From positions 1 through 64,000 of the forward strand of contig CAVZRV010000015.1 in the NCBI GenBank assembly GCA_963777605.1: a stretch of DNA of 64,000 bases, in the 5' to 3' direction. Positions 53,275 through 63,325 of the stretch are shown here, one piece after another. The translations under genes and the position numbers were made by a program. Every line of letters starts with the position of its first letter. Position 1 is the first letter of the stretch. Origin of the DNA: an uncultured Acidobacteriota bacterium (GTDB lineage: Bacteria; Acidobacteriota; UBA6911; RPQK01; JAPXNP01). The notes beneath the pieces were generated by a model. It saw only the letters and a program-made list of their open reading frames with translations. It searched no databases and was not told the origin of the DNA.

Positions 53275-55011
53275 ATGAAGTCGTTCCCGTTGTTTAGGCT
53301 GGTGGCCGCGGTTGTGGCGATCTCGCTGGTTCACATCTTCTGTTCGTCGGGGCCACCTTCCAGGTCCTTTCTGATCTCACTCCCGGAAGGTGTCTCAGAC
53401 AAACCTCTCGATGGTCGGCTCCTGTTGATGATCTCGACCGACGATTCGGCCGAGCCCCGGTTTCAAATCGGCGACGGCATTGAGACGCAACAGATCTTCG
53501 GAGTGGATGTGGAGGGGATGACCGCAGGTCAACCCGTAGCCATCGACGAAACAGTATTTGGGTACCCCCTGCCAGGACTCTCCGAGGTTCAGCCCGGCGA
53601 GTACACCGTTCAGGCACTGCTCCACGTCTATGAGACTTTTCATCGAGCCGACGGACATACCGTGAAACTCCCGATGGACCGCGGTGAGGGCCAGCACTGG
53701 AACATCGCTCCCGGCAACCTTTACAGCTCACCGAAGCGGATCAGGATCGGCCAGGGCGACCAGCAGACCGAACTAGTACTGAGCGAGGTCATTCCTCCTA
53801 TTCCCGACCCGAAAGACACCCACTACATCCGTCACGTCAAACTGCAGAGCGACCTGCTGTCCGCGTTTTGGGGCCGCCCGATGTTCCTGGGGGCCACCGT
53901 CCTCCTGCCCGAGGGCTTCGACGAACATCCCGATGCGCACTACCCTCTGGTCATCAACCACGGGCATTTCTCCCGGACGATCAGTGACTTCCGGGAAGAG
54001 CCCCCCGATCCCAACCTGAAACCCGAGTACAGCGAGCGGTTCAAGATCGAAGGCTACAACCGGATCGTGCAGGAGTATGCATACCAGTTCTACAAGGATT
54101 GGACGGGCCCCGATTTTCCAAGGGTGATCCTGATCGAAATCCAGCACGCCAACCCCTACTACGACGATTCCTATGCCGTAAACTCTGCCAACCTGGGCCC
54201 GTACGGGGATGCCATTACCCACGAACTCATTCCCTACATCGAGGAGAAGTTTCGGGGAATCGGCGAAGGCTGGGCACGGTTTCTCTACGGCGGCTCAACG
54301 GGAGGATGGGAGGCCCTGGCCGCACAAATCTTCTATCCCGCCGATTACAACGGCTGCTGGGCGGCGTGTCCTGATCCCATCGACTTTCGAGCCTACACCG
54401 TCGTGAACATCTACGAGGATTCAAACGCCTACTACGAAATCGGCCCCTGGAAAAAGGTCCCCCGACCAGGAATGAGAAACTACCTCGGGCAGATCGGCGC
54501 AACGCTGGAGCAGATGAATCACCGAGAGCTGGTTCAAGGAAGCCGTGGACGATCGGGAGACCAGTGGGATATTTGGGAGGCGGTCTACAGTCCGGTCGAC
54601 AGGGACGGCTATCCGCTTCGACTCTGGGACAAGATGACTGGTCAGATCAACCACGAAGTCGCCAGGTACTGGCAGGAGAATTACGACCTTCGCTACATCC
54701 TGGAACGGGACTGGGACATCCTGGGGCCCCAGCTGGAAGGCAAGATCCACATCTACTGCGGGGACATGGACACCTACTATCTCAACGACGCCGTCTACCT
54801 GATGGAGGACTTCCTCGAAAAGACCACCAATCCCTACTACGCGGGTGAGGTGGACTACGGGGACCGGGCCGAGCACTGCTGGAACGGGGATCACACCCGG
54901 CCGAATGCGATCTCCCGGCTCCGCTACCACCAGATGTACATCCCGAAAATCGCAGAAAGGATCCTCAAGTCGGCGCCTCCCGGGGCCGACCTCAAGAGTT
55001 GGAGTTATTAG
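53275..55011 (+). CDS. Exported alpha/beta-hydrolase (esterase-like)
   Basis: Signal peptide, GGSTGGW nucleophile elbow, GDMD, EHCW; GAGGAGG RBS. Confidence 0.8.
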   Translation: MKSFPLFRLVAAVVAISLVHIFCSSGPPSRSFLISLPEGVSDKPLDGRLLLMISTDDSAEPRFQIGDGIETQQIFGVDVEGMTAGQPVAIDETVFGYPLPGLSEVQPGEYTVQALLHVYETFHRADGHTVKLPMDRGEGQHWNIAPGNLYSSPKRIRIGQGDQQTELVLSEVIPPIPDPKDTHYIRHVKLQSDLLSAFWGRPMFLGATVLLPEGFDEHPDAHYPLVINHGHFSRTISDFREEPPDPNLKPEYSERFKIEGYNRIVQEYAYQFYKDWTGPDFPRVILIEIQHANPYYDDSYAVNSANLGPYGDAITHELIPYIEEKFRGIGEGWARFLYGGSTGGWEALAAQIFYPADYNGCWAACPDPIDFRAYTVVNIYEDSNAYYEIGPWKKVPRPGMRNYLGQIGATLEQMNHRELVQGSRGRSGDQWDIWEAVYSPVDRDGYPLRLWDKMTGQINHEVARYWQENYDLRYILERDWDILGPQLEGKIHIYCGDMDTYYLNDAVYLMEDFLEKTTNPYYAGEVDYGDRAEHCWNGDHTRPNAISRLRYHQMYIPKIAERILKSAPPGADLKSWSY

Positions 55012-55157
55012 CGGAACCTTTCGGTTCGCGCACTCCAAATGAATCCTGCAGCCATGCCGGACTCGAGAGGAAACCCGCGGCGGTAGGCATCCTCGGATTT
55101 GGGCAGGCCAAAATGCTCTAACGAACCGGTGCAAAAGTGCTGTGTTAGGATGACCAC

Positions 55158-55382
55158 ATGAGCGATCGCGTCATCATTTACGGAAAACCTGGTTGACCCC
55201 ACACCGAGGCCGCCCGTGAGGAACTTGGCCGACAACACCCTGCCGTCGAGTACGTGGACGTCAAGCGCGACCCGGAAGGGTTGGAGCGCATGTTGCGGGA
55301 GAACGGCGGCATCCGAAAAGTGCCGACGATCCTGCTGGACGGGAATGTGAAGATCGGGTACGGGGGGACCTGAGGAGTCTGA
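55158..55382 (+). CDS. Glutaredoxin-like selenoprotein with two Sec (UXX-star type)
   Basis: MSDRVIIYGKPG-U-PHT...RKVPTI...KIGYGGT-U-GV-stop; in-frame TGA at 55194 and 55371; terminal TGATAA. Confidence 0.85.
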
Positions 55383-55387
55383 TAACC

Positions 55388-55404
55388 GCCGGCGGTCGGC
55401 CGGC
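55388..55404 (+). promoter_or_regulatory. Putative bacterial SECIS hairpin for the second UGA
   Basis: GCCGGC-GGTCG-GCCGGC starting 14 nt after TGA 55371-55373; G-containing apical loop. Confidence 0.55.
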
Positions 55405-55447
55405 AGAATCGTGCGACTCGAATTGATCTTCGCCTGCTTTTCCGCTT

Positions 55448-56743
55448 TTACCGGCTGCGGAGAAAGCGGGCGAGCAGAATGACGGCGGAGACGTTTACGA
55501 GAACCGTTCCGGCGTTGAGCAGGTCGCCCAAACTCCAAAGCAACTCCGTTTCGAAGAACCCGAAGAGCACCGCCGCGGAGAACGTCCAGCGGTACGCCTT
55601 CCGAACCTTGGTTCCCCAAATGTAGGCGAAGCACTGCTCTCCGTAGAAGCACCACGCAACGAGCGTGGAATACCCGAACAGGAGGGAGCAGACGAAAACC
55701 AGAATTGCGCCAGCGGATCCGAAGTGGCTCTCGAAAGCGGCGCTGGTCAGCGCCGTACTGGTCGCCCCGCTCAACCAGGTTCCCGTCGACAAAATCACAA
55801 GGGCTGTCAGGGTTCCCACCGCGGTGTCGATGACGACCCCGAACATCCCTATCAGAGCCAGCTTCCTCGGGTCATCTGCGCGGGCGGTACTGTACATGAT
55901 CGGGGCACTCCCGGTTCCGGCTTCGTTGGAGTAGAATCCCCGAGCCACGCCATAGCGCATCGCCATCAAGACCCCCGCGCCGGCAAATCCTCCCGTTGCG
56001 CTCGCCGGCGCGAACGCGTTTTCCAGAACGAGTGCCAGCGCCTTCGGAAGTTGATCGAGAGTCAGGACCAGGATCACCGACGACATCACGAGGTAGAACA
56101 GAACCATGGCGGGAGTGATCCGCTCAAGGGCGCCGACGACACTCCTCAACCCACCGATGGTGGCGACCCAGGTTAGTGCGGCTACCGCCACGCAGGCCCA
56201 GACGGCCGGCTTCCCCGACAGCGCCTGAAACGCGATCGCAATCGAGTTGGACTGGATCGTGGCCGTCGCCATCAAGGTCTTGGTTCCCATGGCGAGGGCA
56301 AACAGGATCGCCAGCCAGCGCATCCCCAATACCGACTCGATGTAGTACATCGGGCCGCCCGAGTAGGTCCCGTCTGCCGTCTGGCGCCGGCAGGAGACCG
56401 CCAGGTAGGTTTCGGCATAGACAATGATCATCGCGATCAGGGCAGCCGCCCAGAACCAGAACACGGCTCCCGGTCCACCTATGGCAATGGCGGTGGCCAC
56501 TCCCGCCAGGTTGCCGTTGCCGATGAGTCCCCCCAGGGCCGAAAACAGAGACTGCAGGGGCGAGATGTTCCCTTCCCCACTTCCGGCACGATAATTGATC
56601 GTCAGGCGAGCCGACGTGACGAGCTGTCGAAACTGGAGGCCCCGCAGGCGCCAGGTCAGGTAGAGACCGACCGCGGAAAGAAAAAGCAGCATCGGCGGGC
56701 CCCAGAGCCAGCCGGCCGCCGCACGTATCAATTCACCAACCAT
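55448..56743 (-). CDS. Alanine/glycine:cation symporter (AgcS family)
   Basis: GNLAGVATAIAIGGPGAVFW, GGPMYYI, RGFYSNEAGTGS, YGEQC. Confidence 0.93.
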   Translation of the reverse strand: MVGELIRAAAGWLWGPPMLLFLSAVGLYLTWRLRGLQFRQLVTSARLTINYRAGSGEGNISPLQSLFSALGGLIGNGNLAGVATAIAIGGPGAVFWFWAAALIAMIIVYAETYLAVSCRRQTADGTYSGGPMYYIESVLGMRWLAILFALAMGTKTLMATATIQSNSIAIAFQALSGKPAVWACVAVAALTWVATIGGLRSVVGALERITPAMVLFYLVMSSVILVLTLDQLPKALALVLENAFAPASATGGFAGAGVLMAMRYGVARGFYSNEAGTGSAPIMYSTARADDPRKLALIGMFGVVIDTAVGTLTALVILSTGTWLSGATSTALTSAAFESHFGSAGAILVFVCSLLFGYSTLVAWCFYGEQCFAYIWGTKVRKAYRWTFSAAVLFGFFETELLWSLGDLLNAGTVLVNVSAVILLARFLRSR

Positions 56744-56833
56744 CTAGTCTGCCCATCTGATGCCCGACCCGACGGCGGGTCACCGGTGTGCAGACGGGTA
56801 TATCATCAAGGAATAAATGAAAGGAAGGCGGAA

Positions 56834-57190
56834 TTGCAGTTGAAGGACTCGGGGCGGCTCCTCGGATTACTCGGGCTGGCGAGAAGAGCCGGGAAACTCA
56901 CGCTTGGAACTTTAGCCACCCGGCAGGCGATCCGATCCCGGAAAGTCTGCCTCCTGCTAATGGCGCAGGATCTCTCAGAATCGTCCGCGACCAAGGCGAG
57001 TCAACTCGCCCGAGCCATGAAGATTCCGGTCTTCAGGCCCTGTACCAAAGCTGATTTGAGCGGGGCGCTCGGTCGTGAAAACCTGGGTGTCGTCGGTGTC
57101 ACCGATCCCAATCTCGCCGAATCGATCATGGGAATCATCGACCCGGCTGGGGCACCCAAGGGTCTTCAGCCGGGCGATCAGGAGTCCTGA
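56834..57190 (+). CDS. L7Ae/YlxQ-family RNA-binding protein
   Basis: LLGLARRAGKL..G, A.D.S, TKADLSGALGR..GVVGVTD..LA. Confidence 0.85.
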   Translation: MQLKDSGRLLGLLGLARRAGKLTLGTLATRQAIRSRKVCLLLMAQDLSESSATKASQLARAMKIPVFRPCTKADLSGALGRENLGVVGVTDPNLAESIMGIIDPAGAPKGLQPGDQES

Positions 57191-57423
57191 CAGATGCGTT
57201 CCCGAGCCACGGTAACGGACCCGTTCTCGCGCAGCAACTTCCCCTTATCAAAGAGAAACGCCAGCAGGTCGTCGAGAGTCAGGTTCGACAACGAACAAGT
57301 GTGAAACCGGGGGGAGTCACCGAAGTGAACCCGGGAGAGCTCGCGAATCTGCGCCTCGGAAACTGGATCTGCTGAAGCGCCGATCAGGCGGAGAAGTTCA
57401 TGACCGTGAAAAGACTGGTACAT
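57178..57423 (-). CDS. YecH-family metal-binding protein
   Basis: HGHELL, FG...RFHTCS, L..KGK, C-terminal IC. Confidence 0.85.
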   Translation of the reverse strand: MYQSFHGHELLRLIGASADPVSEAQIRELSRVHFGDSPRFHTCSLSNLTLDDLLAFLFDKGKLLRENGSVTVARERICQDS

Positions 57424-57560
57424 CGTGAAATTCCTTCGGGGTCGCTGAGGCAAAAGAATAACACGCTCAGGCATCGACTGTTCAAAGGTTGGCAAATCTG
57501 ATATCTATCGCCGTGGCAACCCCGGCAGGAGGGGGGCATAGGAGAGGAATCGAACAGACA

Positions 57561-58619
57561 ATGGATCAGAACAATACAGCTTCACCTTCATCAGGTGCGC
57601 GTGACCGCGACGGACTGATCGTCGTTGCGGGTGCCGGAGGCTTTATCGGTGGCGCCCTGACTCGTTACTTTCACGACGCCGGCTGCTCCAGGATTCGGGC
57701 GATCGACAAGAAGCCCCTGCCCAACTGGTGCCAGAGAGTGCCGGGCGTGGAATCCCTCTGCCTCGATCTGAGCCGCGAGCAGAACTGCCGCCAGGCCTGC
57801 GAGGGCGCCCGCGAGGTCTACAACCTCGCCGCAGACATGGGCGGGATGGGATTTATCGAACGGTTTCGGGTGGAGTGCCTGCGGAGTGTCCTGATCAACA
57901 CTCACATGACGGAGGCCGCTTATCGGGCGGGCGTGGAACGCTATTTCTTCTCCTCGTCGGCATGTGCCTACAACGTGGACCTGCAGCGGGATCCCAACGT
58001 GACGGCCTTGAAGGAGTCGGACGCCTATCCCGCGATGGCCGAGAGGGGTTACGGCTGGGAGAAGCTGATTTCTGAAATGTTCTGCCAGGAATACTGGGCC
58101 GAGCGGGGAATGAAGACCTTCATTGCCCGTTTCCACAACGTCTACGGGCCTTGGGGGACCTGGGACGGTGGTCGCGAGAAGGCGCCCGCCGCCATCTGCC
58201 GGAAGGTCATCGAAGCCAGAGACACGGGCAGGCACGAGATTGAGATCTGGGGGGACGGTTATCAAACCCGCAGTTTCATGTACATCGATGACTGTCTGAC
58301 CGGCATCGACAAGATCACCCATTGTGAAGAATTGATTGCGACACCGATCAACCTCGGGTCGAGCGAACTGATCTCGATCAATGACCTGGTCAGCCTGGCC
58401 GAAGAACTCGGTGGCATCCGGCTCAACCGGTCCTACGACATGAATGCCCCCCGGGGGGTCGCCGGTCGGAACAGTGACAATACCTTCATCAAGAAGGTTC
58501 TCAAATGGGAACCTTCGACCCCGATCCGGGAAGGGTTGCAGCCGACTTATCGCTGGATCGATAAACAGTACAACGACCGGAAAGCCGGGAGGCGGGCGGT
58601 TGTGAATGAAGGTCACTGA
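57561..58619 (+). CDS. GDP-mannose 3,5-epimerase-like NAD-dependent epimerase
   Basis: GAGGFIG, NLAADMGGMGFI, SSSAC, YGWEK, RFHNVYGPWGTWDGGREKAPAAICRK. Confidence 0.85.
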   Translation: MDQNNTASPSSGARDRDGLIVVAGAGGFIGGALTRYFHDAGCSRIRAIDKKPLPNWCQRVPGVESLCLDLSREQNCRQACEGAREVYNLAADMGGMGFIERFRVECLRSVLINTHMTEAAYRAGVERYFFSSSACAYNVDLQRDPNVTALKESDAYPAMAERGYGWEKLISEMFCQEYWAERGMKTFIARFHNVYGPWGTWDGGREKAPAAICRKVIEARDTGRHEIEIWGDGYQTRSFMYIDDCLTGIDKITHCEELIATPINLGSSELISINDLVSLAEELGGIRLNRSYDMNAPRGVAGRNSDNTFIKKVLKWEPSTPIREGLQPTYRWIDKQYNDRKAGRRAVVNEGH

Positions 58620-59444
58620 CCTCTCGGAAGAGGCGGGTGAAAGGGATCGTCATGGCATGGAACTTTCCAGCGTAATCGGAGCGATTCCGTATCGAATGGC
58701 GCTGGCGGGCGGCTGGATCGACCAACCGTTCGTCTCTCGGCACAATCCCTCTCCGCCCGGTTCAATGGTGGTCATTTCGTTGGTTCCGAGCGTGCGTTAC
58801 ATGAACCGTTCCGGAATGGCGACCGGCACCCGCAAAGTGGCCGACCGGCTGTGGTCCGGCAGGCTACCTTCGGGTTTCCCTCTCGATTTGACGAGGAACC
58901 TGTACCGGGAAGAGAACCGGAACAAACCGGATCCGTCGGGCTCGCAGGACATGATCGGAATCCTTTTCCCCGGAGTCAGCCGGCTGGACTACGACTATCA
59001 CCATGAAGAGGGGATATTCCCGATCCACATCGAGTCTACCTGCGACCCGGAAATCGCCCGTTGGATCGAAAAGGTCATTCACGTTATTCCGGTCGCCCCC
59101 CGTCCCGACGGATACAACCCGCTCGGTGAGCAAAACCTCGATCCCGCCTGGATCGAAAGGCTCGGGCGGACCGGTAGCCGACTGTTACGAGGCGATTGTA
59201 GCGCGTGACCTGGCCGCCCTGGGACGCTCCATGAATGAGTGCATGGATTGCTGGGAAACGATCCTCCCGCAGACCGTCCACCACCCGCTATTGCAGGCTA
59301 GACCTGGCGAACCTGCTGCGCTGCTACCAGGATCGCTATCCCGGTGCAATGTATTCCGGATGCGGAGGAGGGTATCTCTACGTTGTGGCGGACGAGCCGG
59401 TGCCCGGCTCCTTCCATGTCGAGGTCAGGACCGACCGACTATGA
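58606..59444 (+). CDS. Divergent GHMP-kinase-like protein, two frameshifts (near 59176 and 59297)
   Basis: PYRMALAGGWID, SGMATGT, SGSQD, DLAALGRSMNE, GAMYSGCGGGY across three frames. Confidence 0.7.
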
Positions 59445-60280
59445 AACGGGTGGTTGTTTCCGGCAGCTTCGACAACGTCCAGGCCCGAGACCTTCGCCTG
59501 CTCGAAGAAGCAAGTCAACTCGGTGCGGTAACGGTTCTGCTCTGGTCCGACGAGTCGGTTTCGGCGATCAAGGGCGAGGCGCCCCAGTTTCCGCTCGCGG
59601 AACGGTCTTACCTGATCTCGTCGGTTCGCTACGTCGAGCGCGTGGTCGTGGCCGAAGGACTTTCGTCCGGCGATCAATTGGCTCGATCCGAACAAACCCG
59701 GGCGGATGTCTGGGCCGTCGAAGAAGCGGGTCGGTCGGAAGCCAAAGCGGCCTATTGTCGAGCCAACGGAATCGAATTGCACCCGGTCAGCAGGACCTGC
59801 CTGGAACGATTTCCTTCATCAGAGGCTTACCCAACATTCGCTGGGGCTCTTCCGGAGCGGGCTGTTGGGGACAAACGGGTGCTGGTGACCGGCTGTTTCG
59901 ACTGGCTGCATTCCGGACACGTCCGGTTCTTCGAGGAGGTGTCGCAACTGGGTGACCTCTATGCGGTTGTCGGGCATGATGCCAACATCCGTCATCTGAA
60001 AGGAGACGGCCACCCGTTACTGTGCCAGGACGAACGCCGCTACTCGGTCGGCGCCATTCGATTTGTCACTCGGGCCTTGATTTCATCAGGACGGGGCTGG
60101 ATGGATGCAGAACCGGAGATCGCTTTGATTCATCCTGACATTTACGCGGTCAACGAGGACGGGGACCGCCCCGAGAAAAAGAACTTTTGCAGAAGTCATG
60201 GAATCGAGTACGTGGTTCTGAGCCGAGACCCGAAGCCCGGCCTGCCGGCTCGGTCGAGTACCGATCTTCGGGGATACTGA
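59441..60280 (+). CDS. Tandem cytidylyltransferase-like (HxGH) nucleotidyltransferase
   Basis: Domain 1 SGSFDNVQARD (degenerate); domain 2 TGCFDWLHSGH; C-terminal RSST; ATGA overlap. Confidence 0.85.
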   Translation: MKRVVVSGSFDNVQARDLRLLEEASQLGAVTVLLWSDESVSAIKGEAPQFPLAERSYLISSVRYVERVVVAEGLSSGDQLARSEQTRADVWAVEEAGRSEAKAAYCRANGIELHPVSRTCLERFPSSEAYPTFAGALPERAVGDKRVLVTGCFDWLHSGHVRFFEEVSQLGDLYAVVGHDANIRHLKGDGHPLLCQDERRYSVGAIRFVTRALISSGRGWMDAEPEIALIHPDIYAVNEDGDRPEKKNFCRSHGIEYVVLSRDPKPGLPARSSTDLRGY

Positions 60281-60326
60281 ACCTTAGTACTCCGGTCTGG
60301 ACAGAATGCTGTTGGAGGAGGATGCG

Positions 60327-63071
60327 ATGTCATTTCGGCGCAACGTTTCGTTGGTTTTTTGCTTGATTTTGTTCCTGGCCGGAACTTTGCTGTCAGCCCA
60401 GGATATACCCGAATTGCAGTACCAGGAATTCGTTCTGCCGAACGGTCTCCAGGTGATTCTCCACGAGGACCACTCTATCCCCATCGCGACGGTCAACATC
60501 TGGTACCACGTCGGGTCGAAGAACGAGAAGAAGGGTCGCACCGGGTTCGCCCACCTCTTCGAACACCTGATGTTCGAGGGGTCCGCGAACGTGCCGGAAG
60601 GCAAGTTCGACCAGTGGCTGGAAGCGGCCGGTGGAGACAACAACGGATCGACGACCGAAGATCGGACCAACTACTACGAGAATATTCCAAGCAACGCAGT
60701 GGAGCTGGCTCTTTACCTTGAATCGGACCGAATGGCCAATCTTCTCCAGACCATAGACCAGAAGAAACTCGACACCCAGCGTGACGTGGTCAAGAATGAG
60801 CGCCGGCAGGGAGTAGACAACCAGCCCTACGGAAGAGTCAGCGAGGTGATCCTCTCGGCGCTCTACCCCTCCGATCACCCTTATTCCTGGCCGGTCATCG
60901 GAAGCATGCAGGACCTGTCGGCCGCCTCTCTCGAAGACGTGAAGGACTTCTTTCGAAGTTACTATGCGCCCAACAACGCGAGCCTTTGTGTCGCGGGAGA
61001 CATTGATCCCAAGCAGGTCCGCGAGCTGGTCGAAAAGTACTTTTCCCCGATTCCCCCGGGACCTCCTGTAGAGCGGTTCGAGACCTGGGTCCCCGAACTC
61101 AAGAGTCCACGGGTGATCGAAATGAAGGACAACGTCTCCCTTCCGCGCCTGTACATGGTCTGGCACACCCCACCGATCTACAAATCGGGCGACGCCGAGT
61201 TCGACATCCTCGCCAGCATCCTTACCGACGGGAAGAACTCCCGCCTCTACAAACGCCTCGTCTATGACACCCAGATTGCCCAGGACGTGCGCTCGTTTCA
61301 GGGCTCCAAGGAGATCGCCAGCGACTTCTACATCGTCGCCACGGCGAAACCGGGACAGTCCCTGGACGCCATTCGGGTCATCATCGAAGAGGAACTGGAG
61401 AAGATCCGCAAGAACGGCGTAACCGACCAGGAAGTCCTGACCGCGCTGAATTCCTGGGAGTCTTCTTTCCTCCGGCGTCTGGAATCGGTCGGGGGCTTCC
61501 GGGGCAAAGCCAACCTGCTCAATGAATACAACACATTCACCGGGAGTCCCGGCTTCCTGAAGGAGGACATGGAACGCTACTACTCGCTGACTCCCGCCAG
61601 GATCCAGAAGGCGGTCGATCGCTACCTGCGGGCCGGTGAGAATGTGATGGTCGACGTGGACCCGGCCGGCGACCTGAAGGCCGACGATTCGATCCCGCTC
61701 GATCGCGCCCAAAAACCGGAGAACGGCCCGGCCCCGTCCTTGACCCTTCCCAAACTCCAGGAAGCCCGTCTCTCCAATGGGCTGAAGGTGATGCTGATCG
61801 AACAGCACGAACTTCCGATCGTTCAGCTCAATCTTATGATCAACGGCGGCTGGTCGGCCGATCCCGAACACACGCCCGGAGTCGCCCGGCTCACTTCCGA
61901 CCTGCAGGACGAAGGGACCCGAACCCGCTCGGCACTCGAGATTTCTGATCAGCTCAAGGAAATTGGCGCCGATCTGAGAACCTCGTCCAACTTCGATTTC
62001 AGCGCTGTTTCCCTGAATACCCTGAAAAAGCACATGGACAAGGCCCTGGCGCTCTTCTCGGACGTCCTCACCAACCCGGTCTTCCCGGAAGAGGAACTGC
62101 AGCGCAAGAAGAAAGAATACCTGGCCCGCATTCTCATGGAGCAGAAGCAACCCACCACGGTGGCACTGAAAAGTTTCTTCAGAACTCTCTACGGGCCCGA
62201 CCACCCCTACGGCCAGCCCTACACCGGATCGGGCACCGAGGAGTCCATTGCGGCGATCCAGCGGGACGACCTGGTTCACTACTACGACACCTATTACAGC
62301 CCTGGAAATGCCACACTGATCGCCGTCGGCGACACGTCGCTCTCCGAACTGACTCCGCTTCTCGAGGATGCCCTGAGTAGCTGGAAGGAGGAAACGGTTC
62401 CCGCGCTCGAACTGCCGCCGGTGCATCCGGTTCAGGAAACGCAGGTTTACCTGGTCGACAAGCCGGGTGCTGCCCAGTCAGTCATCGTTGCCGGCCATCT
62501 CGGGATCCCTCACAATTCGAAGGACTACTTCAGCGTCGAAATCCTCAATACGGTTCTTGGCGGCAAGTTCACGAGCCGGCTGAACATGAATCTCCGGGAA
62601 GACAAAGCCTACACCTACGGTGCTTTCTCCCAGTTCGTGTTTCGAAAGGAAGTGGGGCCCTTTTTCGCCTTCACTCAGGTCCATACCGAGGTCACCAAAG
62701 AAAGCCTGTTTGAAATCATGAAAGAGTTCAGAGGGCTCCGGGGCGAAAACCCGGTCACTCCCCAGGAACTGGACTCGACCAAGAACTATGTGGCCCTGCG
62801 ATTTCCGAGCGAATTCGAGACCGTTTCGGAACTGGCCCGAAAGCTGCAAGAACTGGCTGAGTTCAATCTTCCGAACAACTACTACGATTCTTACGTGCCC
62901 AACCTCGAGAAGGTGACTGTCGCAGACGTCACTGAGGCCGCCAGGGAACACATTCATCCGGACCGGATGCTGATCGTGGTCGTCGGTGATATCGGCAAGA
63001 TCGAGCCGGGAATCCGGGAACTGAACTTGGGCCCAGTCCACGTGATCGACGCCCAGGGCAACCCACGGTGA
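60327..63071 (+). CDS. M16 (pitrilysin-family) zinc peptidase, two-module exported protein
   Basis: HLFEHLMF (HxxEH), VVKNERRQ, LREDKAYTYG; signal peptide. Confidence 0.94.
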   Translation: MSFRRNVSLVFCLILFLAGTLLSAQDIPELQYQEFVLPNGLQVILHEDHSIPIATVNIWYHVGSKNEKKGRTGFAHLFEHLMFEGSANVPEGKFDQWLEAAGGDNNGSTTEDRTNYYENIPSNAVELALYLESDRMANLLQTIDQKKLDTQRDVVKNERRQGVDNQPYGRVSEVILSALYPSDHPYSWPVIGSMQDLSAASLEDVKDFFRSYYAPNNASLCVAGDIDPKQVRELVEKYFSPIPPGPPVERFETWVPELKSPRVIEMKDNVSLPRLYMVWHTPPIYKSGDAEFDILASILTDGKNSRLYKRLVYDTQIAQDVRSFQGSKEIASDFYIVATAKPGQSLDAIRVIIEEELEKIRKNGVTDQEVLTALNSWESSFLRRLESVGGFRGKANLLNEYNTFTGSPGFLKEDMERYYSLTPARIQKAVDRYLRAGENVMVDVDPAGDLKADDSIPLDRAQKPENGPAPSLTLPKLQEARLSNGLKVMLIEQHELPIVQLNLMINGGWSADPEHTPGVARLTSDLQDEGTRTRSALEISDQLKEIGADLRTSSNFDFSAVSLNTLKKHMDKALALFSDVLTNPVFPEEELQRKKKEYLARILMEQKQPTTVALKSFFRTLYGPDHPYGQPYTGSGTEESIAAIQRDDLVHYYDTYYSPGNATLIAVGDTSLSELTPLLEDALSSWKEETVPALELPPVHPVQETQVYLVDKPGAAQSVIVAGHLGIPHNSKDYFSVEILNTVLGGKFTSRLNMNLREDKAYTYGAFSQFVFRKEVGPFFAFTQVHTEVTKESLFEIMKEFRGLRGENPVTPQELDSTKNYVALRFPSEFETVSELARKLQELAEFNLPNNYYDSYVPNLEKVTVADVTEAAREHIHPDRMLIVVVGDIGKIEPGIRELNLGPVHVIDAQGNPR

Positions 63072-63325
63072 CACGCACTTACTGGCGCCGCAACTGCTGA
63101 TGTAATAAGACTTTTTCCAGAGGTCTGGCACCGATTAGCGTTGCGGCGCGGGCCGTTTTCCCTGCAAGCGCTAGCCTCACTCAAATTGGTACCAGAGCAA
63201 GAAGAAAATCCTTATTCGTAAGCACTTAGCAACCGTTTTGGTGCGTGTCACCGATTTATGAGGAGTTGAGAGTGCGCAGGGTCACAACGCCGGCGGGGTT
63301 CACTTGATATAAATTCCGGGACGTT

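Noticed and set aside
55030-55080. TCCAAATGAA and GAGAGGAAAC as element ends
   Set aside because: Short partial matches in reversed order that lack the GTTTCAG and ATCATTC cores.
60393-62426. Long antisense ORFs (also 26845..28029, 32633..33868, 13098..14108, 57591..58616)
   Set aside because: They are shadows of real genes on the opposite strand, caused by GC-rich codon bias.
63125-63140. TGGCAC as a sigma-54 promoter
   Set aside because: GG-to-GC spacing is 9 nt, not the required 10.
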